This document shows, piece by piece, positions 21,878 to 31,206 of a DNA stretch of 64,000 bases. Each line of letters opens with the position of its first letter. Position 1 is the stretch's first letter. The stretch is taken from the sequence record PV467749.1, one strand, 5' to 3'. The notes beneath the pieces were generated by a model. That model ran no database searches. It was not told where the DNA came from and saw only the letters and a list, made by a program, of their open reading frames with translations. This stretch comes from a phage. The position numbers were made by a program, and so were the translations under genes.

Positions 21878-23614
21878 TTAAAAAGAATCGCCTAAATTAT
21901 TCGGGTTAAAACCTGCACTTCCTTGTTGTTCTTGGTATTCAGCATCGGCACTTTCTAAGTTACCGTCATCATCAATACCCAAATCCATACCAGGATCGTT
22001 AGGAGCATCTATACCAACAGATTGCAACCCAGCAGCATCTTCTTCACCACTTGACGGAGCGGAACCATCTTGTGGATTTTCTTGGAGCCACATTTGCTCA
22101 TTCTTAACAATATCAGCTTTAGAGAAGCCCATTTTTTCAAGAATAGTTTGTTTTGCCATATATGGCAGATCGTTAAGTGGGAGATAGGTGTTAATTAGTT
22201 TAGCATCTAGTTCCGCTTTACGATAAGAAGCCAAGTTAATAGGTGGATTCATAATTACTTCAAAAGATGAAGTACTAATGTTATATCCATTTTTAACCAT
22301 AAAACGTTTAAATTCTGCATCAAATAGTTTTGCAACTAAACGTTGATAACGCATACATTGGTTATTAAAACGTAATTCACTTGCCATTGCTTGTGTTGCA
22401 CCATCACCAAATAGTGATACACCACCATCATCTGGACCTTGCGGTAGATATGAAGCTGGGATTTGCAAACCACGAATCAATTTATTGTTGAAGTAACGCA
22501 AGTCATCAATCTGACCTAAGTTATCACCACCAGGAAGTGTTTGTACATCTGAACCACGACCTTCAGAAGTTTGTGGGAAGAAGTAATCTTCTAGAATACT
22601 TAATGGATTATATGCTGCATCCATTAGTGAAGTACTGCCACCTTTATTTGAAGGAATACGTCTTTGGTGAATTTCATTTTTGAATCGTTCTACGTATGCC
22701 ATTGCTTGGTGAGTTTGCATATCACCAACGTCGATTTTAAATACACGACGCTCTGGAGCACGTTGAACACGATAGATAATAATACTATCTTCAAGTAATT
22801 CTTTTTGTTTATAGACTTTGAAAACATCTTCAAGTATACTAGTACCAAAAGGCCAAACTCCATCTTGTCCTGTATTTAGGGTTAGATGAATTACATGTTC
22901 TGCACCAACTGGAATAACATCAAGACGACCGTTAGTACTGAATGGGTCAGCAGAGTTTCCTTGGTTAGTAAAGCCAGATGCACCACCTGCTGCTACTGAA
23001 CCACCGCCACCTAATGTGGTAGGGATTGCACCAGGATATGCAGTTTTGTCAAAACCAACTTGCAAGTTACTAAACACTTTATCTTTAAGATTCAAAGATA
23101 CGTCACGGATATAATAAATTACAGGGGTTTTTCCGGTTGCTTCGTTAACGAATACTTGTTCAACGTTTTTTGGGCTTACCCAGTACCAGTCAAATGTTTC
23201 TGGGTCACGAATGAAGAATTGGTCACCGTATTTTAATAGGCCACGTACAATTTCATACATTCTGGTTTTAAAATCATTTTGTTCTGTCCATGCATCCAAA
23301 CGGTCTTCAATAGTAGTTACTTCTGTATCACCAATATCATCTTTATATTTGATTTTATATGGAAGACCAAAATCTTCAGTACTTTGTGTACAGAAGTCAG
23401 CAATGATATTAAGTGCTGTTCTAATTTCAGGATCTTGGTCCATCTGTTCATACTGACTATAACGTTCAGTACGGTTAGCTAAACCATTGTATACTACTGG
23501 AAGATAGGAAGCGAAATTGGTTTTCGTTCCTGTTGATTTGTTGCTATTACTGGACTGATTAGGGACGACCGATAACTTCGATCTCCCCATTGTCATATGT
23601 CGTTTCCAACTCAT
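21878..23614 (-). CDS. gp20: portal protein (T4 gp20-like)
   Basis: Blocks SIIIYRVQRAPERRVFKIDVGDM and TLPGGDNLGQIDDLRYFNNKL parallel the T4 gp20 conserved core; 578 aa. Confidence 0.9.
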   Translation of the reverse strand: MSWKRHMTMGRSKLSVVPNQSSNSNKSTGTKTNFASYLPVVYNGLANRTERYSQYEQMDQDPEIRTALNIIADFCTQSTEDFGLPYKIKYKDDIGDTEVTTIEDRLDAWTEQNDFKTRMYEIVRGLLKYGDQFFIRDPETFDWYWVSPKNVEQVFVNEATGKTPVIYYIRDVSLNLKDKVFSNLQVGFDKTAYPGAIPTTLGGGGSVAAGGASGFTNQGNSADPFSTNGRLDVIPVGAEHVIHLTLNTGQDGVWPFGTSILEDVFKVYKQKELLEDSIIIYRVQRAPERRVFKIDVGDMQTHQAMAYVERFKNEIHQRRIPSNKGGSTSLMDAAYNPLSILEDYFFPQTSEGRGSDVQTLPGGDNLGQIDDLRYFNNKLIRGLQIPASYLPQGPDDGGVSLFGDGATQAMASELRFNNQCMRYQRLVAKLFDAEFKRFMVKNGYNISTSSFEVIMNPPINLASYRKAELDAKLINTYLPLNDLPYMAKQTILEKMGFSKADIVKNEQMWLQENPQDGSAPSSGEEDAAGLQSVGIDAPNDPGMDLGIDDDGNLESADAEYQEQQGSAGFNPNNLGDSF

Positions 23615-23626
23615 TATTGTTCGTCC

Positions 23627-25825
23627 TTAACTGTTTCTCTCACCTTGGGTGTTTTCAGAGATAGTTCTTAGATAATTATTTGTCTGTTGTACAGCAGATA
23701 GTGATTGTTCATTAACATCGGCAAGCTTTTTGAGTATTTCTTTCATTTCATCAGAAATCGGTGCTGGTGGTCCAGTTCTCGATGTCACTGCACTACCATT
23801 ATTTATCATCTTCTTAATTGCCTCTGTATCGTCAGGTTTTGGCGGTACTGGTGGTTCACCTGGTGCCCATGCAGTTTTATCAAAATCTTTACGAGATACA
23901 GTTATTTCTGGAGCAACGTTATTGGTTTTTTCAATAACAGGACGAATACGTTCTACTCCTGGACGGTTGAATAAACTGTCAGCATAATCAGATGGTAGTG
24001 GTTTTGGTTCTTTGTAGTTACGTGAGGTGTTCCATTTGTTGAACTTATCCCACATCCCTGCAAAATAATCACTAACACTATTTACACCGTTGTCAATGAT
24101 GTTGTTTACGCTTTCTGCTGGGGTTTCAGTACTGTTATTGAGTTTTATATCATTATCAGAACCACCACCGAACCAACTTTTAACAGAATTCCATAGGTTA
24201 CCAGGTAAATCCATTAAGTTATTCATAAAGGTATCAAATGCTTCTGACACTTTAGAGTAACCTGAACCGAATATATCTGCACCCAATCCATCCAACCAAG
24301 CTGTAAATTCAGCACCAATACGATCAAGGTAAGCAATTGCATCTTTAGCAATAGGTACTAACCCAAATCCATCAAGAGCCAATTCCCCAATAAACTCCCA
24401 TGCACCATCAGTTCTGTCTGCAATGTCTGAAAGATAATCCACAATTGAATTTTGTGTATTAGCATACATTGTATTAAATGGTTCAGTGAATTCTTTACTA
24501 ATCCACATATTGAAGCGGTTAGTAAATTGAGTTAATTTATCAGCGGGATTATTTTTAGGTTCATTTACGGTTGCTTCCATATCCAATAGTTGTTGGTAGA
24601 AGGTTGCAGCAGTTGTGTTTCCTAATTGAATCTGGTTAAGCAAATCTTGCTTAATTAATTCTTTATTCTTTTTAACGAATTCTAATTGTTGGCGACGAAT
24701 TTCTTGTGAATCAGTTACCCCACTACGTACAAGATTTTCACCTAAATCAGCGAACTGGTTCAGTACTGGAGTGAGTAGGTCATCCGGTACGCCACCAATA
24801 GACAATCTGTGTGATATCAAACGGAGGAAATCTGCACCTGCATCACCCATTGCACCCGCAGCTTCGTTGAACGCCTTAGATGTTGCTACAGCAGCTTTAC
24901 TGGATAGTCCAGAGTAGTTCTGCAATGCAATTTGCATAGAACGCGTATCGAGTGATTTATCTAGGTTTTGTGTTTTGTTTAGTAATGCATCTACGGATTC
25001 ACCCATGCTTTTACTGAATTTAGTCATGCTCATGATGAATTGTTCAGTACTTTTAGCTTGGTCCATACTACGAAGAGCTTCACGACCACCATATTGTTTT
25101 TGGAACTTAATGTTTCTTGCAGTTAAATCAGTTAATGTTTTTTGAGAAATACCATAAAGGCCAAGTTCATTTTGAGCTTGTTGAACAGTTCCTAATAATT
25201 TACCAAAGGTAGCAACACCATCACCATATGCACCATCCAATTGAGCTACTACAGAACTATGTGTTTGTAGAGCTTCACTGAATGCATCCATACTCAACAT
25301 AGATGCACCTGCACCTTTCAGTACTGAGCCATAACCTTCAGCCAATGCAACACCAGCACTGTTAATTCTGGTATAAACTTCCAATTGTGCATTAAGGGCA
25401 TTGTATACCGCAAGACCAGCACCAGTAACGAGTTTAAACGCTGCTGCCGCTGCACCAATTGGACCTGGCATCATTGCTAATGAACCAGCAAATGATGATG
25501 CACTAACGCCTAATGAGTTTACTACAGTACTTACGTTGGTACTGGAGTTCATCATTGTTTTGCTTACATTAGAAACTTCAGAAGATAGTGATTTGAACAA
25601 TTTACCAAATGCTTTCCCATCATCGGCTTGTGCACTTCCACGATTTCCACGATTACTGGAAGAACTGGAACTGGAACCATTCTTTTTACTATTTGAACCT
25701 GATTTTTTCTTATCATTCTTTATATTTTCAGCTAATAACTCACGGATAGCAGTCAAACTATCATTGTTATCTTTAGTTTGATTAACCAACTGCTGTAGTA
25801 GGTAATCACTTGTATTGACAGCCAT
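23627..25825 (-). CDS. putative tail tape-measure / large helical virion protein (733 aa)
   Basis: Long low-complexity helical protein with Ser-rich N-terminal stretch; ATG 25825 with AAGGGAA RBS (track ORF extends upstream over likely non-coding sequence); CATAAATA-like motif upstream. Confidence 0.4.
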   Translation of the reverse strand: MAVNTSDYLLQQLVNQTKDNNDSLTAIRELLAENIKNDKKKSGSNSKKNGSSSSSSSNRGNRGSAQADDGKAFGKLFKSLSSEVSNVSKTMMNSSTNVSTVVNSLGVSASSFAGSLAMMPGPIGAAAAAFKLVTGAGLAVYNALNAQLEVYTRINSAGVALAEGYGSVLKGAGASMLSMDAFSEALQTHSSVVAQLDGAYGDGVATFGKLLGTVQQAQNELGLYGISQKTLTDLTARNIKFQKQYGGREALRSMDQAKSTEQFIMSMTKFSKSMGESVDALLNKTQNLDKSLDTRSMQIALQNYSGLSSKAAVATSKAFNEAAGAMGDAGADFLRLISHRLSIGGVPDDLLTPVLNQFADLGENLVRSGVTDSQEIRRQQLEFVKKNKELIKQDLLNQIQLGNTTAATFYQQLLDMEATVNEPKNNPADKLTQFTNRFNMWISKEFTEPFNTMYANTQNSIVDYLSDIADRTDGAWEFIGELALDGFGLVPIAKDAIAYLDRIGAEFTAWLDGLGADIFGSGYSKVSEAFDTFMNNLMDLPGNLWNSVKSWFGGGSDNDIKLNNSTETPAESVNNIIDNGVNSVSDYFAGMWDKFNKWNTSRNYKEPKPLPSDYADSLFNRPGVERIRPVIEKTNNVAPEITVSRKDFDKTAWAPGEPPVPPKPDDTEAIKKMINNGSAVTSRTGPPAPISDEMKEILKKLADVNEQSLSAVQQTNNYLRTISENTQGERNS

Positions 25826-25970
25826 AACATTCCCTTTTAATAGATGTATTATAGAAATATTTATGAATCTATAACGAATAAAAAAGACCCATCTATAACA
25901 TTTGTCCAATTTGTCCCATTTTTTGGTAATAAATACTACAGAGACATTTATTACATGGAGATTTAATAAA

Positions 25971-26807
25971 ATGGCAATGAACCCACTAGCTAAGTATACT
26001 AAAATTGAAGAACTTGGTACAAAATTGGTCACAAATGGCGTGATTCCTTATAAAGAAGGAGTTCTTGGCTCTAAAGGTATCAAATGTGGCATTTGTGCTC
26101 GTAGTGCACGCGATGAAATGACACTCAATACACCAGATATGCTTCTAAATGGTGATGCAATTGCTCGTGTTATTGAAAACTGCGTACCTAACGTACTTGA
26201 TGCAGATGAACTTTATGTAAATGACGTAGAGCAACTACTTATCGCTATTAAAGTAGCTTCTAAAGAAGAATCATATGATATTAATGTGACATGTCCTGAA
26301 TGTAACAAAGAAGGCCGTTTTGAGCGTAGCTTATCATATCTACTAGAAACAGCACATACTTTCAGTGAAGTTCCTACTGTACAATTGGATAATGGACTAA
26401 GTTTAGAGTTTAGACCACTTACTTGGAAGGAATATTCTAACTTCGCAGAAAGAATGTTTACAGAACAACAAAAAACTAAATTCCTTGAAACTGCCGAAAT
26501 GGAGCAGGAAGAAAAAGTTAAAGTGTTTGGTGAAGTATTTGAAAGTATGGCACAACTCAACTTTGATATGATCGCAGGAGTTATTGCTAAAGTAATTACT
26601 CCTGAAGGTGATGAAGTAACTGAAAACGAATTCATTTCTGAATGGCTAGGTCAGCAGTCCAAAGGAACACTTAAAATAATTCGTGAAAAAATGGATGAAG
26701 TACTTGAAATTGGTGTTTCCCATACTATGGAAGTTGAATGCAGTGACTGTAATCATCAATGGGAAATTAATGGACTGAAATATGACCCAAGTCATTTTTT
26801 CGCATAA
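25971..26807 (+). CDS. hypothetical protein with two CxxC zinc-ribbon motifs (279 aa)
   Basis: ATG 25971 with GGAG upstream (track ORF starts at TTG 25902); CGIC...CPEC and CSDC motifs. Confidence 0.6.
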   Translation: MAMNPLAKYTKIEELGTKLVTNGVIPYKEGVLGSKGIKCGICARSARDEMTLNTPDMLLNGDAIARVIENCVPNVLDADELYVNDVEQLLIAIKVASKEESYDINVTCPECNKEGRFERSLSYLLETAHTFSEVPTVQLDNGLSLEFRPLTWKEYSNFAERMFTEQQKTKFLETAEMEQEEKVKVFGEVFESMAQLNFDMIAGVIAKVITPEGDEVTENEFISEWLGQQSKGTLKIIREKMDEVLEIGVSHTMEVECSDCNHQWEINGLKYDPSHFFA

Positions 26808-27016
26808 TGCTTCTCCACTCATCTCCTGAAGAAATACAAGAAGTACTTAAGGAATTTGAGTTGAATAAGTCAGATATTAAAACTGCATTAATGGAGTGTT
26901 CTGTTTATATGGAAAGTGTTGATTACGGAACACTACTTAATATGCCACTAATTGATAGAGACTTATTAGTTAAGTCTTTTAATAAGAAAATTAAAAAACA
27001 AAACGAGAAGCACTAA
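26807..27016 (+). CDS. hypothetical small protein (69 aa)
   Basis: Start overlaps upstream stop (TAATG); followed by a strong terminator. Confidence 0.45.
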   Translation: MLLHSSPEEIQEVLKEFELNKSDIKTALMECSVYMESVDYGTLLNMPLIDRDLLVKSFNKKIKKQNEKH

Positions 27017-27025
27017 CTCACAAGG

Positions 27026-27054
27026 AGCCAGCACATTGTTGCTGGTTTTTTTTT
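27026..27054 (+). terminator. rho-independent terminator (stem CCAGCA/TGCTGG, T9 run)
   Basis: Hairpin followed by nine T residues immediately after the 69-aa ORF. Confidence 0.8.
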
Positions 27055-27055
27055 G

Positions 27056-27854
27056 GTTTTAAACTACAGAATTGATTGAATTGAATTATGAAAGGAATTA
27101 ATTATTTTATAGTGAACTCATCTAACTCATTTCATTCGTTAGCTGAAGAATATTCGTTACTACGTAACTCATATTCATTTCTTATAATTAATTATAAAGA
27201 ACTTTAAAAGATTTAATACTTGACGGGATTTGTTGAAGACATTTTCATCCCCCCGCAGGGGAATGAAGACAATAAAAAAGAGACAATTAAGTCTCTTAAT
27301 TCTTGACGCTGATGGTTTCAGCATTTATTGTATTGCGAATTTCTTAAAATTCATTAAGAACGAAAGCGGGTTGCTCTGTTTCTCTCTATCGCAGTCATGT
27401 GCAACGGTCGTCAGTCTTAATCATCCTGACACTCACCTGAAAGTCTATACAATCAAACTTCAGGCTGTTTATTAAATCACTTAATAAACTCCCTTAGCAA
27501 ATCTGGTAAGGTGCGATCCTTATACATCTATCGAGGAACTCTCTGTATGCTTATCGGAGTTCTTTATTGAGCCGTGTCGCCGTGAGGGGTTCAAACTATG
27601 CCCACATCTAACGGGTTTCTTCTGCTCATCGCACTGTTGAACTGCTCATCTGCCATCTACATTTTCGATAGGATCAGGTTCTAATTTATATGCATTTCTG
27701 CATTCAACAGGATTGTCATCACTACAATTAACATTATAGCACCAAATTCAAAAGTGTCTCACTATTATGATAAAAAATTTATAAAAAGTACATAATTCTT
27801 GAACATTGAAGTAACGCATAAATATTTTGATAAGAATTAGTTTAGTGGGGATTT
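27056..27854. other. 0.8-kb non-coding island; core (about 27230-27720) noticeably more GC-rich than surrounding genome; function unknown
   Basis: No ORF over 81 aa in any frame; stops in all frames; local GC about 48-50% versus about 38-40% elsewhere; strong hairpin TTCATCCCC-CGCAG-GGGGAATGAA at about 27246-27269; TTGACG repeats; no tRNA cloverleaf found by eye. Confidence 0.4.
27071..27180. repeat. cluster of short direct repeats (ATTGA x3; AACTCAT x3) in AT-rich spacer
   Basis: ATTGATTGAATTGAATT at 27071-27087 and AACTCAT at 27115, 27124 and 27166. Confidence 0.35.
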
Positions 27855-28340
27855 ATGAAGAAAAGATTAAAAGATAGTAAAGAAGCTGCAAACTATCGAA
27901 ATGAATTACTAAAGAAGCAAAAAGGAATTGATCCTATAATTAAGGAACCAATAACTAAGCCAGTACTTGATCACTATCACTTCGAGAATCAACATTGTCG
28001 CGGAGTACTCCAGAATGAGATAAACGCCTTTGAGGGTAAGGTTTCCAACGCATGGAACCGATATGGAAAGCATTTAACTGATATGCCATTACATGAAGTA
28101 CTAAGAAACCTTGCAGATTATCTTGAAAAGAACAATAATATCCCACTGGAAGAACAGGTGATTCATCACACGGCACTAACTGTGGATGTAAACAAGTTTA
28201 AAAGGCTCCCTGCAACGCGTCAGAACGAGATATTGGGGTTATGCGGTATAGAGCCATTACCTAATACAAAAGAACGCTCAAAGAGAGCTAGAGAGCTTAT
28301 TAAGAAAGGAATTCTCAATATAAATGAATACAAAAAATGA
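27855..28340 (+). CDS. endonuclease VII-like nuclease (T4 gp49 family), Cys-poor variant
   Basis: VLDHYHFENQHCRGVLQNEINAFEG parallels the T4 endonuclease VII catalytic core (LDHDHELNG...RGLLCNLCNAAEG) but the zinc-ligand cysteines are replaced; GGGGA RBS. Confidence 0.6.
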   Translation: MKKRLKDSKEAANYRNELLKKQKGIDPIIKEPITKPVLDHYHFENQHCRGVLQNEINAFEGKVSNAWNRYGKHLTDMPLHEVLRNLADYLEKNNNIPLEEQVIHHTALTVDVNKFKRLPATRQNEILGLCGIEPLPNTKERSKRARELIKKGILNINEYKK

Positions 28341-29028
28341 TATTTTTATAGATAAAGCAAATATAAAACATAACAACAAATATGAATATACATTAGTTGA
28401 GTATGTAAATAATTACACTAAAGTTAAAATTATATGTAAGAAACATGGTATGTTTTCACAAACTCCAAATCACCATTTAAAAGGAAGTGGATGTAATGAA
28501 TGTTACTTAGAAAGCAAGCACGATACTAAAGATGACTTCATAAAAAAATCCATGAAAGTTCATGGTGAATTATATGATTACTCAAATGTGATATATAAAT
28601 CTTCAAAGAAAAAAGTTGAAATTATATGCAATAAACATGGTTCTTTTTATCAGAGGCCACATGAACATATATCAGGTAAAGGTTGTTCAGAATGTGGAGT
28701 TGGTGGTTACAAGAGAAGTAAACCAGGTCGTTTATATGTATATGAAGTTTTACAAGACGACAAAACTATAGCATACAAATACGGAATAACTAATGGTACT
28801 ATTAATAATAGAAAATATTACCATGAGTATCACTCTAACTTAAAATTTAATTGTGTTTATGAACTATATGATGAAGATGGTAATGTTCCATATAATATAG
28901 AAAAAGCAATAAAAGCTGGCATGAAAAGTGTTTTTTTATCAAAAACTATTTTAGAAGTTGGGTATACCGAAACGATAGAACCGTCTTTATATGAAGATTT
29001 GATTAATATAATAAAAAAAGGGAGCTAA
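28324..29028 (+). CDS. homing-endonuclease-like protein: two Cys/His zinc-ribbon modules + GIY-YIG/T5orf172-like domain
   Basis: Modules KYEYTLVEY...IICKKHGMFSQTPNHHLKGSGCNEC and LYDYSNVIY...IICNKHGSFYQRPHEHISGKGCSEC, then GRLYVYEV...AYKYGITNG...NNRKYYHEY (GIY..YIG..R); overlaps Endo VII-like gene by 17 nt. Confidence 0.6.
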   Translation: MNTKNDIFIDKANIKHNNKYEYTLVEYVNNYTKVKIICKKHGMFSQTPNHHLKGSGCNECYLESKHDTKDDFIKKSMKVHGELYDYSNVIYKSSKKKVEIICNKHGSFYQRPHEHISGKGCSECGVGGYKRSKPGRLYVYEVLQDDKTIAYKYGITNGTINNRKYYHEYHSNLKFNCVYELYDEDGNVPYNIEKAIKAGMKSVFLSKTILEVGYTETIEPSLYEDLINIIKKGS

Positions 29029-29044
29029 GGCTCCCTTTCCTTTT
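29013..29044. terminator. bidirectional terminator (A-run, GGGAGC-TAAG-GCTCCC, T-rich) between convergent genes
   Basis: 6-bp GC stem whose loop contains the stop codon of the + gene; flanked by A7 and TTTCCTTTT. Confidence 0.7.
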
Positions 29045-29046
29045 AA

Positions 29047-31194
29047 TTAGAAAACATCATCCAGAGTTGTATACTCAACAGTACTGAAACCATCCTCTTT
29101 AACTACTTTTAGGATTTTCTCAGTCTTAGAAAGCAATTCTTCTCTGTGAGAAATGGCATATACATTCTTACCACGCACAGCAGCCATATCTTGGAAGATA
29201 GACCACACGCGAAGAACACCACTTGAATCAAGACCTTGGTCAATCATCTCATCAATGATAAGAATATTGATACTTTGATACAATGACTCATATGTATCAC
29301 GGAAAGCACAAGATAAAGCAATGTTTACCCTTGTACGCTCACCACGACTAAGCTGTTTATAGTCAAAGTACTGACCACTTTTCTCAATTTCTACACTCAA
29401 ATCATTCAAGAACACAACATTATGTTCAGAACCACACATATCAATGTAATATTGAAGACGTGTATTCAGATACGAAATGTTTTGTTCAATAATACGCTTA
29501 CGGACATAAGAATCCTTGTTTAACAACAATTTAACCAAGAAATCTTGGTGATTTGCCATCTTATCAAGGTTATTATAGTCACTATAGTCGATTGGTACTA
29601 ATGAATCGGTCGTAAGTGTATTAATTTGTCCAATAAATGTGTTAGTAGTTTTCAATTCACGATCTAATTGCTGTGATAATGAAGTTACTGTCATTTCTAA
29701 CTCTTTTACTTCAGATTTATTCAATGTATCTGGTACTTCTTGAAGAACATGTGCGTTCAGTTCTTCATATGATGACATAAGTTCATTAGCATAGATGTTA
29801 ATTTGCTCTTCTTCACTCTTTTTAATAAGTTCTTGAAGCTTATGCTCATGCATTTGTGCTTCAGTTAGTGTAGAATAGAATGTCACAGGCTTAGGTGGCA
29901 TATCAAAAATCTCAATACTATCAATTTCCTGAAGTATTGTTTCAATTTCAGAAGTGGAACTATCAATTTTCGATTGAAGTTCATTAATAGTATTTTGAAT
30001 TTTATCTTTAATAGACGAAGTATGTTCATTATGTTCTAATTCGGACATACAAAGTGGACATTTACTACTCTCCACTGTTGCTAATTTGTCCACCTCAGCA
30101 CGTAACGAACTCTCATGACCATTTAAAGCCACCTTTAATGCGTTAAGTTTTTGTTCTTTGAAACGTTTTTGGTTATTATTCTCTTTTAGAATACCCTCCA
30201 ACTGTTTCCATATCTCCAACTCATTGTGATTTTCTAATTCAGTACTGATATCAATAGTTTTTAGCTTATCAATACTTACATTTAATGCTAATTTTGCTGT
30301 TGCTAGTTCACGGTCATATGCATCATACTTCAAAGCTAACTCTTGCACACGTCTTTCTATTTGATCACGAGCAGCATTATGAATAAGAGCTTTCTCTTTC
30401 ACTTCTGCCAAATCATAGAGATCGTTGAAGTCTAAAGTTTTGTAGATATTCAATTCTTCAGTCAACTTAGATACTCTATTATTTTTATCAATCTCAAATT
30501 GGTTAGCTTGTTCTTGTAATGATTCAATACTTTTTTGAATACGTTCATTACTTGCAGCCACAGTTTCAATTTTGAACTTTTCTTGTTCAGCTAAACGTTT
30601 AGAATCTTTATACATATCCTTTAATAGTTCAGCTTTCTCTGTTAATTGTGTGATGCCCAGAAGTTCCTCAATCATATCACGTTGTTTCTGTGATGATAAT
30701 GCAAGAAACGGCTCTACGTTAGCATTAAGTACTACAATATGTTCAAATAGTAGTTGAGAAATCCCAAGAATCTCGTTTAGATCTTCTTGTGTATCTTTCT
30801 TCTCCCCTCTTGACTCATCTTCGACCTTATTATCTTTACCTAATGTAATAAAGTTGAAATACGTGGGACTTCTCCCACGCTCGACGAGATATTGTACACC
30901 ATCTTTCTCGAACTCAACAGATACTTCACAGTTTTTAGCATTAGTTTTATTAACTAAGTTTGGAATTTTGATATCGTTACCAATACTTTTTCCAAACAAA
31001 CCAAAAACTAAACCTTGAATGATGGCACTTTTACCAACACCATTACGGCGACCGGAACTATCACCACCTTCAATAACTGCATCATTGTTTTGACCAAGAA
31101 CTAACGATATATCAGCACCAGACAAATCAATTACTTGTGGTGCATTGCCAAATGAAAAGAAGTTCCTCATTGATATACGTGTAATGTTTAGCAC
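29047..31194 (-). CDS. gp46: recombination ATPase, SbcC/Rad50-like (T4 gp46-like)
   Basis: N-terminal P-loop NGVGKS, long coiled-coil with CPLC zinc-hook-like motif, C-terminal QLSRGERTR signature and ILIIDE Walker B. Confidence 0.85.
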   Translation of the reverse strand: MLNITRISMRNFFSFGNAPQVIDLSGADISLVLGQNNDAVIEGGDSSGRRNGVGKSAIIQGLVFGLFGKSIGNDIKIPNLVNKTNAKNCEVSVEFEKDGVQYLVERGRSPTYFNFITLGKDNKVEDESRGEKKDTQEDLNEILGISQLLFEHIVVLNANVEPFLALSSQKQRDMIEELLGITQLTEKAELLKDMYKDSKRLAEQEKFKIETVAASNERIQKSIESLQEQANQFEIDKNNRVSKLTEELNIYKTLDFNDLYDLAEVKEKALIHNAARDQIERRVQELALKYDAYDRELATAKLALNVSIDKLKTIDISTELENHNELEIWKQLEGILKENNNQKRFKEQKLNALKVALNGHESSLRAEVDKLATVESSKCPLCMSELEHNEHTSSIKDKIQNTINELQSKIDSSTSEIETILQEIDSIEIFDMPPKPVTFYSTLTEAQMHEHKLQELIKKSEEEQINIYANELMSSYEELNAHVLQEVPDTLNKSEVKELEMTVTSLSQQLDRELKTTNTFIGQINTLTTDSLVPIDYSDYNNLDKMANHQDFLVKLLLNKDSYVRKRIIEQNISYLNTRLQYYIDMCGSEHNVVFLNDLSVEIEKSGQYFDYKQLSRGERTRVNIALSCAFRDTYESLYQSINILIIDEMIDQGLDSSGVLRVWSIFQDMAAVRGKNVYAISHREELLSKTEKILKVVKEDGFSTVEYTTLDDVF

Positions 31195-31206
31195 AATAAA
31201 TTTCCC

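Noticed and set aside
25401-26635. Antisense ORFs 25401..25781 (126 aa) and 26213..26635 (140 aa)
   Set aside because: Lie opposite the tape-measure-like and zinc-ribbon protein genes; low-complexity translations.
27230-27475. 81-aa ORF inside the non-coding island
   Set aside because: Starts at a non-ATG codon, no RBS, and lies in a region with stops in all frames; more likely structured or non-coding sequence.
27200-27720. Possible tRNA genes in the GC-richer island
   Set aside because: Could not find a T-loop (GTTCRANYC) flanked by complementary stems or a full cloverleaf on either strand by eye; not called, though a covariance-model scan is still warranted.
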